Source of the DNA: Oscillospiraceae bacterium
GTDB lineage: Bacteria; Bacillota; Clostridia; Oscillospirales; Oscillospiraceae
Direction of reading: 5' to 3'
DNA: 39,208 nt
Assembly (NCBI GenBank): GCA_017443965.1
Contig: JAFSXP010000079.1
Span: forward strand, 1 to 39,208
The translations under genes and the position numbers were made by a program. Shown here one piece after another: positions 19,452 through 26,243 of this stretch (position 1 is the first letter of the stretch; every line of letters begins with the position of its first letter). The notes under the pieces are model-generated. The model was not told the origin of the DNA. It was given only the letters and a program-made list of their open reading frames with translations, and searched no databases.

Positions 19452-20951
19452 TTATTCCTCCGAATCTTCCGCGGCGTTTGTCGCGTACATCATGACGGTG
19501 TGCTCCGTGATCTGATCGTGCGGCAGCGTTTTGACGATGCGCCCCGAGTAGAACACGACGCAGCGGTCCGCCACGCGCTGGATCTCCGGGATCTCCTGAC
19601 TGTTGATCACGATGGTCTTGCCGCTCTCCGCAAGCTTCAGGATCAGTTTGTAGATCTCCGCCTTGGCGCCGACGTCGATGCCCTGCGTGGGGTTGTCCAG
19701 CAGCAGGATCTCCGCGTCGGTGTTCAGCCAGCGGGCAAAGAAGACCTTCTGCTGGTTGCCGCCGGAGAGGCTGAGGATCAGATCGCTGTAGTGCTCCGCC
19801 TTGATGCTGAGGTTCTCTTTCTGTGCGTCGTACTTGGCGATCTCGCTCGCTCTATTGATGATCGGTTTTTTGCCGGAAAGCGTATGCTCGGAGATGTACA
19901 TATTCTCCAGGATCGAGAGATCCGGCATCGCGGATCGCTCTCTGCGGTTTGTCGGCAGGTACGCGATCTTGCGCTTCATTGCAAGATGGATGGTGTTCTT
20001 TGTCAGCTCCTCGCCCTCGACCGCGATCGTGCCGCTGAACGAGGGCAGCTCGCCGAATACGCACTGCATCAATTCGCTGCAGCCCGCGCCCTGCAGACCG
20101 GTCAGCGCCAGCACCTCGCCGCGCCGGACCGAAAGACTGACGTCGTGGAAATCCTTGCCGTCCAGCGCCCGCATTTCGAGGATCGGCTCGCCGAGCTCAC
20201 GTGTGCGGTAGATCTCCGCGTTGGAGAACGTCGCGCCGACCATGGTGGAGGTGACCTCCTGCGCGTTCGTCTCCGCGATATTGCCCGCCTTGATGAATTC
20301 GCCGTTCCGCAGTACCGTATAGCGGTCGGCGATCCGGAAGATCTCGGGCATCTTATGGGAAATGAAGATGAAGGATTTTCCCTCCGCCTTCAGGTTTTCT
20401 ATGATTTGGAACAGATGGTCGATCTCCGCGTTGCTCAGCGCGGTAGTCGGCTCATCGAGGATCAGCAGCTTTGCTTCAAAGAAAATCGCCTTGGCGATCT
20501 CCAGCGTTTGTTTCTCGCTGGCGGTGAGATGCTCCACCGTAACGGAGGGATCGATGTCCACTCCGAGTTTTTCAAAGACCTCGCGGCATTTGGCGATCAT
20601 CTCGTTCTTTTTCAGAGAACCGCCCTTTGTCGTAAGCTCCTTGTTGAAGAAGATGTTTTCGTAGACCTTGAGATCGTTGAACAGGCTCAGCTCCTGATGG
20701 ACGAAGGCAATACCCTTGTCCTCGCTTTCGCGGATCGAGCAGTTGGAGATATCCTCTCCGTCAAAGATGACCTGTCCCTCGTCCATGCTGTAAACACCCG
20801 TCAGGATGTTCATCAGCGTGGACTTGCCTGCGCCGTTTTCGCCCAGCAGCGCATGTACCTCGCCGCGGCCGATGGTCAGATCGACGCCCTTTAAGACCTT
20901 GACACCCACAAACGCCTTGTGGATATTTCGCATTTGCAGAATTTCATCCAT
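19452..20951 (-). CDS. Monosaccharide ABC transporter ATP-binding protein (duplicated ATPase, RbsA-like)
   Basis: Two ABC halves: Walker A GENGAGKST, signatures LTASEKQ and LSGGNQQK, Walker B LLILDEPT and LLLDNPT. Start moved to MDEILQMRNIHKAF (ATG at 20951). Confidence 0.9.
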   Translation of the reverse strand: MDEILQMRNIHKAFVGVKVLKGVDLTIGRGEVHALLGENGAGKSTLMNILTGVYSMDEGQVIFDGEDISNCSIRESEDKGIAFVHQELSLFNDLKVYENIFFNKELTTKGGSLKKNEMIAKCREVFEKLGVDIDPSVTVEHLTASEKQTLEIAKAIFFEAKLLILDEPTTALSNAEIDHLFQIIENLKAEGKSFIFISHKMPEIFRIADRYTVLRNGEFIKAGNIAETNAQEVTSTMVGATFSNAEIYRTRELGEPILEMRALDGKDFHDVSLSVRRGEVLALTGLQGAGCSELMQCVFGELPSFSGTIAVEGEELTKNTIHLAMKRKIAYLPTNRRERSAMPDLSILENMYISEHTLSGKKPIINRASEIAKYDAQKENLSIKAEHYSDLILSLSGGNQQKVFFARWLNTDAEILLLDNPTQGIDVGAKAEIYKLILKLAESGKTIVINSQEIPEIQRVADRCVVFYSGRIVKTLPHDQITEHTVMMYATNAAEDSEE

Positions 20952-20976
20952 AAGCCATTCTCCACAATCGGGAAAT

Positions 20977-21004
20977 GGTATCCCGCAGTTACCTGCGGGA
21001 TACC
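20977..21004 (-). promoter_or_regulatory. Intercistronic 12-bp stem-loop between the binding-protein and ATPase genes
   Basis: Perfect palindrome ggtatcccgcag-gtaa-ctgcgggatacc. A second hairpin, gaataatc...gattattc, lies at about 21026-21047 and overlaps the SBP stop. Confidence 0.5.
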
Positions 21005-21041
21005 ATCCCACTTAGTTTTCAGCCGGAATAATCAGACCGGA

Positions 21042-22166
21042 TTATTCAAAGCCCTTGTAGTTGGCAACATTGTCCTTCGTGACGCACTCAGCGGACTGGG
21101 TGTTGTCCTTCACGACGTCCTTGCCGTCGAAGTAATCGATCAGAGCCTGGATGGTGGTCTGGATCATTGCGGGCGGATAGGTGACGGACATGATGCCGCC
21201 GAACTGCTCCGCGCAGGTGTAGTTGTGATAATCCGTGCCGGCAATGATGTCATACAGAGCCTGCGAGCCGCCGCAGCCGGTGATGAACGGAGCATTCGCA
21301 AGGAACGCTTCCTTCGTGCTGGCTTCCACAGCGGAGCCTTCCAGAGCGGCGAACACACCGGTGGACAGACCGTCGTCCCAAGAAGCGATGTACTTGGTGT
21401 CGGCATTGTCCGCATTGCCCAGATAGTCCTCGAAGAACTTCTGCGAGTTGGCGGGGTTCCAGCCGGTGACGCCGGAGTAGGTCACGGAGCTCAGATCGGT
21501 CCACGGGGTCTCGATGGTCTTGCCGTTGTAGGCGACCTCGCCCTTCAGGTACTGATCGAAGCCGGCAGTACGGTCGGTGTCGGCGGAGGAGCCGTCGCCC
21601 TCGATAACGACGACCTTGTCGCCTTCCTTCAGACCGTTCTCGGTCAGCCACGCAGCGGCGGCAGCGCCGATCTCGATGTTGTCGTACTTGATGTTGGAAA
21701 CAGCGCCGTCAGCAACGCCCGGGATGATGCGGTCGGCAGCGGTATAGGGGATGCCCGCGTCGATCAGCTTCTGGATGGCGTTCTCAACGTCGGTGTTCGC
21801 CGGCAGCATGGCAACGCCGATGTTGCCGTCGTTGTTGGCGATGATGTCCTCGATCTGATGGATCTGATCCTCGGGAGTGGCAAACGCCTGAAGCTCAGCC
21901 TTGTATCTGCCCTCGGCATTGATCTCGTCGACCTTCTCCTGTGCGAAGACGCCGACAGCACCGGTCCAGCCGTGGTCGGGAGACGGAGACAGGACGTAGA
22001 TGGTCTTGCCGCCGGCTTCCGCAGCGGGTTCGGTGGTTTCGGTCGCAGCGGGTTCCGTGGTCTCGGTGGTTTCGGCAGGCTCAGTCGTCGTGGTGGTGGT
22101 CTCGCCGCAAGCGACCAGAGCCAGAACCATGACGAGCGCTAAGACAAGTGCGATGATCTTTTTCAT
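21042..22166 (-). CDS. Sugar ABC transporter substrate-binding lipoprotein (PBP type I, CUT2)
   Basis: 374 aa. Signal peptide with lipobox LALVAC|G, a Thr/Glu/Pro linker, then a periplasmic-binding-protein type I fold pattern. Confidence 0.88.
   Translation of the reverse strand: MKKIIALVLALVMVLALVACGETTTTTTEPAETTETTEPAATETTEPAAEAGGKTIYVLSPSPDHGWTGAVGVFAQEKVDEINAEGRYKAELQAFATPEDQIHQIEDIIANNDGNIGVAMLPANTDVENAIQKLIDAGIPYTAADRIIPGVADGAVSNIKYDNIEIGAAAAAWLTENGLKEGDKVVVIEGDGSSADTDRTAGFDQYLKGEVAYNGKTIETPWTDLSSVTYSGVTGWNPANSQKFFEDYLGNADNADTKYIASWDDGLSTGVFAALEGSAVEASTKEAFLANAPFITGCGGSQALYDIIAGTDYHNYTCAEQFGGIMSVTYPPAMIQTTIQALIDYFDGKDVVKDNTQSAECVTKDNVANYKGFE
22013..22104 (-). repeat. Tandem repeat encoding T/E/P-rich lipoprotein tether (TTTTTEPAETTETTEPAATETTEPAAEAGG)
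   Basis: Repeated ggtttcggt / ggttccgtggtctcggtggtttcgg units are visible in the DNA. Confidence 0.8.
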
Positions 22167-22222
22167 GATACTACCTCCAAAATGTGTTTTTTATTTCAAC
22201 CGCAGAGCGGTCAAAACCGTGT

Positions 22223-23221
22223 TTATTCCGTCTTGATGGCGCTGTCGAACGCCACGTCGGACGCGTTGAAGTTGTACTTCTTGATGTACTCGCAGGCCTC
22301 GGTCGCGCCGTAGACGCGCTCCATGCCGGAGTCTTCCCACTCGATGGACAGCGGGCCCTGATAACCGCCCTGATTCAGCACGCGGCAGATGCCGTCGAAA
22401 TCGACGTCGCCGTGACCGAGCGAGACGAAGTTCCAGCCGCGGTCCATGCTGCCGAAGGTGATGTGCGAGCCGAGCACGCCGGTGCGGCCGTTGAAGTTCA
22501 GCTTGACGTCCTTCGCATGCACGTGATACACGCGGTCGATGAAGTCATGGCAGAACACGACGGGATCGACACCCTGCCACAGCAGGTGGCTCGGGTCGAA
22601 GTTCGCGCCGAGGGTAGGACGGTAGTCGAACTCTTCGAGCAGACGCTTGAAGCTGTAGTAGTCGAACGCGATCTCGGTGGGATGCACCTCGAGGGCAAGC
22701 TTGACGCCGCAGGCGTCGTACTCGTCCATGATTGGGCTCCACAGCTCCTTGACCTTGGCATACGCCGCGTTGACCTGCTCTTCGCTGGTCTGCGGGAAGG
22801 AATACCAGAACTTCCAGATCGGGCTGCCCATGAAGAAGGTGACGACCTTCACGCCCATGTTCTTCGCAGCGTGCGCGGTGTACTTCATCTCCTGGATCGC
22901 CCACTTTTGGATCTCCTCGGGCTTGCCTGCCAGCTCGCCGGGAGCGAAGCCGTCCAGACGGGAGTCGTAGGCGTCGGGCAGCGTGTCGCAGACGCACTGA
23001 CCGGCGAGGTGATGGCTCAGCGCCCAGCAGCCGAGATCGTACTTCTTCAGCAGATCCTTGACGTACTGCACGTAGGCGGAATCGGTGGCGGCCTTCTTCA
23101 TGTCCAGATGGACGGCGGAAAGCTCCAGACCCTCAAAGCCCATCTTCTTTGCCAGCGGGCAAAGCTCTTCCAGAGGGATATCGCCCCACTGAATGGTAAA
23201 CAGGGTAATCGGTCTTGCCAT
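22223..23221 (-). CDS. Sugar phosphate isomerase/epimerase (xylose-isomerase-like TIM barrel)
   Basis: 332 aa. GFEGLELS, LALEVHP, and HVHAKD...SLGHGDVDF metal-ligand-type motifs of the AP_endonuc_2/XylA-like TIM-barrel family. Confidence 0.85.
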   Translation of the reverse strand: MARPITLFTIQWGDIPLEELCPLAKKMGFEGLELSAVHLDMKKAATDSAYVQYVKDLLKKYDLGCWALSHHLAGQCVCDTLPDAYDSRLDGFAPGELAGKPEEIQKWAIQEMKYTAHAAKNMGVKVVTFFMGSPIWKFWYSFPQTSEEQVNAAYAKVKELWSPIMDEYDACGVKLALEVHPTEIAFDYYSFKRLLEEFDYRPTLGANFDPSHLLWQGVDPVVFCHDFIDRVYHVHAKDVKLNFNGRTGVLGSHITFGSMDRGWNFVSLGHGDVDFDGICRVLNQGGYQGPLSIEWEDSGMERVYGATEACEYIKKYNFNASDVAFDSAIKTE

Positions 23222-23253
23222 AGTTATATCCTCCTAATTAAAAATCTCAAAGA

Positions 23254-24384
23254 TCACAGATCGACCCAGACGCTGCCCTGCTCGTTGGACTTCAGGCAGG
23301 CATGGACGAACTTGACGCCCTCAAGACCGTCCTCGACGGTCGGATAGTCGATCTCATAGGGCTTGCCTTCCTTCTTCGCCGCAACGCAGGTGATGAAGGA
23401 CTTGTAGAGGTTGCCCATGGACTCGAGCCAGCCCTCGGTGTGACCGGAGGGCAGACGACCGTACGCCGCGGCGCAGTCCTCGATGCCGCCGTTGCCGCGG
23501 TGGCGCTCGACGATGGTGCCGTCGCGCGAGATCATGATGACCTTCTCACACTCCTCCTGCTTCCACAGGATCGAGCCGTTCTCACCGTAGATGCGGACGC
23601 GCAGGTCGTTGTCGTGACCGATGGCGACCTGGCTGGTCCAGTAGGTGCCGACCGCGCCGCCCTCGTACTCGACGAGGACCATATCGTTGTCATCCAGCAC
23701 ACGGCCGGGAACGAGCTTATCCATACGCGCAAGCACACGCTTGATCTTCAGACCGGTCATGCGGGACACGGCATTTTCCACATGCGTGCCGAGGTCGCCG
23801 AGGCAGTTGACGCCGCCGGACTGCTTGGGATCGCAGCGCCATTCGCCCTGCTTGCCGCCCCACTCGCCCTCATAGGCGAGCCAGCCCTGCGGATACTCCG
23901 CCTGGACGGTGCGGATCTTGCCGAGCTTGCCATCGGCGATGAACTTGCGGATGTGCTTCGCCGTCACGTGGCCCATATAAGTATAGGTGACGAGGAACAG
24001 AAGATTCTTTTCCTTGGCGAGCTTGACCAGCGCTTCGCCCTCTTCGACCGTCAGGCACAGCGGCTTGTCGCAGGACACGTTGATGCCCGCTTCCAAAAAC
24101 GCCTTGCAGACGGGATAGTGGCTGACGTTCGGCGTGACGACCACGACGAAATCGATGCCGTCGGGACGTGCCGCCTCCGCCTTTGCCATCTCTTCAAAGC
24201 TGGCGTAGCAGCGATCGGGGTCGATGCCCAGCTCGGCGCCGGTCTGCCGGCACTTCTCCGGGGTACGGGAGAAGCAGCCTGCGACAAGCGTCGCCATGCC
24301 GTCGATGTTGATGGATTTTCTGTGCGCGTCGCCGATGAAGGAGCCGGGGCCGCCGCCCACCATGCCGTAGGTAAGTTTCTTCAT
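23254..24384 (-). CDS. Gfo/Idh/MocA-family NAD(P)-dependent oxidoreductase
   Basis: Starts MKKLTYGMVGGGPGSFIGDAHRK (Rossmann GxGxGxxG), then CDKPL and a C-terminal alpha/beta domain. Start moved to the ATG at 24384 with RBS gaaaggacgg. The track's 46-aa extension runs into AT-rich non-coding DNA. Confidence 0.88.
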   Translation of the reverse strand: MKKLTYGMVGGGPGSFIGDAHRKSINIDGMATLVAGCFSRTPEKCRQTGAELGIDPDRCYASFEEMAKAEAARPDGIDFVVVVTPNVSHYPVCKAFLEAGINVSCDKPLCLTVEEGEALVKLAKEKNLLFLVTYTYMGHVTAKHIRKFIADGKLGKIRTVQAEYPQGWLAYEGEWGGKQGEWRCDPKQSGGVNCLGDLGTHVENAVSRMTGLKIKRVLARMDKLVPGRVLDDNDMVLVEYEGGAVGTYWTSQVAIGHDNDLRVRIYGENGSILWKQEECEKVIMISRDGTIVERHRGNGGIEDCAAAYGRLPSGHTEGWLESMGNLYKSFITCVAAKKEGKPYEIDYPTVEDGLEGVKFVHACLKSNEQGSVWVDL

Positions 24385-24453
24385 GGGATACCGTCCTTTC
24401 TTCATTCGAGCAAAGACATAAACACAAATCTTCGCCCACATAATCGCATTATG

Positions 24454-24482
24454 ATGATAGCCCATTTTACAATTTTTTTCAA
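24454..24482 (-). promoter_or_regulatory. Candidate sigma-A promoter of the sugar operon (TTGAAA-17 nt-TATCAT)
   Basis: Hexamers with a 17-nt spacer about 70 nt upstream of the oxidoreductase ATG. Motif only. Confidence 0.4.
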
Positions 24483-24561
24483 TCATTGCGCAAGGCGTTT
24501 TCTGCGATTTGTATGTTCCCATAGTTTTGATTTCTCGATTTTGTATATTTTGCCATTTAAT

Positions 24562-24579
24562 GATTTAGCGCGTTAAATC
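24562..24579. promoter_or_regulatory. Imperfect 18-bp palindrome GATTTAGCG|CGTTAAATC (possible regulator site)
   Basis: 8 of 9 positions are symmetric. It lies in the middle of the AT-rich divergent intergenic region. Confidence 0.25.
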
Positions 24580-24683
24580 GCCGTGTTTTCGCGGTTTTCG
24601 GCAGTCATACGAATAATGTGCGATATGACGATTTTAACATTGTCCGCCGTATGCGTCGAGACTGACCGTCCGCAGCGTTCCGC

Positions 24684-24713
24684 CTTGACAACGATCGGCG
24701 GATATCATTATAA
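24684..24713 (+). promoter_or_regulatory. Candidate sigma-A promoter of the lipoprotein gene (TTGACA-18 nt-TATAAT)
   Basis: Both hexamers are consensus. A G-rich RBS (gggggcgg) lies just before the ATG at 24740. Confidence 0.5.
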
Positions 24714-24739
24714 TCATATCAAAGAACGGGGGCGGTAGG

Positions 24740-26140
24740 ATGACGGATCGGAAACGACTTTGCGCGGCAGCGCTTCTTTTTGCGCTGCTGTTTGCGCTCG
24801 CCGGCTGTGCGAAACGTCCCGTGCGTGTGCTGCCGCTGACAGACGGCGATATCCGCGTTTTTGAAACGACCGAGGACGGGCTTTCAACGCGCTCGTATGA
24901 GGACGCAAACGGCATCCGCCTCGACATGATGCGTCTGACGCACGGCGGTGTGGAAAACACATACTGCTTTTACAGCGAAACGGTCCCCGAAGGATCCGTG
25001 CTGCGCGTCTACGACGCCGTCTCCGAGGGCTGGACCACTGCGCCGGTCACGGCGGGCACTTACACGACAAGCTGCGCCGTGCTGGAGCTGCCGGACGGAG
25101 AAACGCGGTTTTTCTTCCTGCCGGTGACGTATCTTGCGCACGGGCACGACGTGCTGGAGCAGCAGACCTCCCTGCCCGGCTCGCTGGATGTGCGGCAGTC
25201 GGACGGCGGGTTTGCGATCACAGTAAACGGACAGACGGACGCGGACAGCTTCTGCACCGACTTTACAATGGTCACAGCGCCGATGCTGCTGCTGGATTGG
25301 AACAGCGACAACTGGGCGTCGGTCTGGGGACGATACACCGACGACGGCGAGGCAAAGTGGTGCTATACCGGCTACTACCGCTTCACATCGGATAACTACG
25401 ATCCGACCGGCGACAACTGCTACTATCGCTGTCCGGCGACGTTTCTCGCGCGCGAGATCCGCTGGCAGCTCGGAAAGAGCGTCGCCGCGCCGCTTGTGAC
25501 GCTTGCGATGCTGGACACCGTGATGCAGACACAGAATGCGGCGGGTTACTTCCCCACCATGCCGAAAAGCGGCTGGCTCTCCGCCGACTACGGGATCGGG
25601 TACGATTTCTATGACACGCGCTTCAACACCGATCTGATGGATGCGGTGCTGGAAGCTCGGGCGCAGCTCGACGGCAAGCTGTTTCAGCGCGAGCTGGAGC
25701 GATACGCGGCGTTCTATACGGAATTTGCAAACGCGCATCACACGGAGACGGAAAATGGTGGCTGGCTCGTGGCGGATTATTGGTCCGCGGACATGACCGC
25801 CGAGCCGCACACGTCGCTCAATCATCAGCTTGCCGAGTGTCTGCTGCTGTACCGTTTGCAGGACGACAGCGGCATCGGCGCGTACGGCGAGCTGGCAGAC
25901 AAGCTTCTGCAGGCAGTAGACGACACCGCCCCGGATTGGGTGAAGGACGATCACGATCTGCACTACTGCCGCTACGCGGACGGCAGTTACGGCGCGAAGG
26001 ACTATCCCGATCTGACGCAAAAGGATCTGGTCGCGCTGCGCAGGTATCTGATCCGCGAGCGCTACCGCACGGACACGGCGCTTGACGAGCTCATCCGCGA
26101 GAAGCGGATCTGGATGGATGCGAACGGCATTTCGTATTAA
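24740..26140 (+). CDS. Uncharacterised lipoprotein (466 aa), possibly a glycan-active alpha/alpha-toroid-like protein
   Basis: Signal peptide with lipobox MTDRKRLCAAALLFALLFALAG|C. Balanced composition rich in Y/W/D, consensus promoter upstream and terminator downstream. The competing antisense ORF (24884..26146) is Arg-rich and looks like an artefact. The functional guess is weak. Confidence 0.7.
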   Translation: MTDRKRLCAAALLFALLFALAGCAKRPVRVLPLTDGDIRVFETTEDGLSTRSYEDANGIRLDMMRLTHGGVENTYCFYSETVPEGSVLRVYDAVSEGWTTAPVTAGTYTTSCAVLELPDGETRFFFLPVTYLAHGHDVLEQQTSLPGSLDVRQSDGGFAITVNGQTDADSFCTDFTMVTAPMLLLDWNSDNWASVWGRYTDDGEAKWCYTGYYRFTSDNYDPTGDNCYYRCPATFLAREIRWQLGKSVAAPLVTLAMLDTVMQTQNAAGYFPTMPKSGWLSADYGIGYDFYDTRFNTDLMDAVLEARAQLDGKLFQRELERYAAFYTEFANAHHTETENGGWLVADYWSADMTAEPHTSLNHQLAECLLLYRLQDDSGIGAYGELADKLLQAVDDTAPDWVKDDHDLHYCRYADGSYGAKDYPDLTQKDLVALRRYLIRERYRTDTALDELIREKRIWMDANGISY

Positions 26141-26147
26141 GAGCAAA

Positions 26148-26186
26148 ACACAGGAACGGGAAAAACTCCCGCTCCTGTGTTTTTTT
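26148..26186 (+). terminator. Rho-independent terminator after the lipoprotein gene
   Basis: acacaggaacggga-aaaac-tcccgctcctgtgt (one mismatch) followed by tttttt. Confidence 0.6.
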
Positions 26187-26192
26187 GCGTAA

Positions 26193-26226
26193 AAACAGGC
26201 GGTGCTTCCGAATGAAGCACCGCCCG
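26193..26226 (-). terminator. Rho-independent terminator after the giant gene
   Basis: On the minus strand: ggcggtgcttc-attcg-gaagcaccgcc followed by tgttttta, about 20 nt after the stop at 26244. Confidence 0.55.
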
Positions 26227-26243
26227 CTTTATGGAGTTATGCG

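Noticed and set aside
24385-24522. N-terminal extensions in the ORF track: the oxidoreductase extension here, 20952..21011 for the ATPase, 11365..11433 for rplS, 7482..7523, 8434..8451, 8796..8858, and 9391..9423 for rnhB.
   Set aside because: Most of the extensions run into AT-rich leaders or overlap the upstream gene. For the rnhB case the call is only a preference, because the ATG at 9423 remains possible. The internal starts have RBSs or ATGA/TGATG coupling and match the conserved N-termini of the families.
24884-26146. A 420-aa minus-strand ORF fully overlapping the lipoprotein gene.
   Set aside because: It has an Arg-rich, low-information translation. The plus-strand frame has a lipobox signal peptide, a consensus promoter, an RBS and a terminator.
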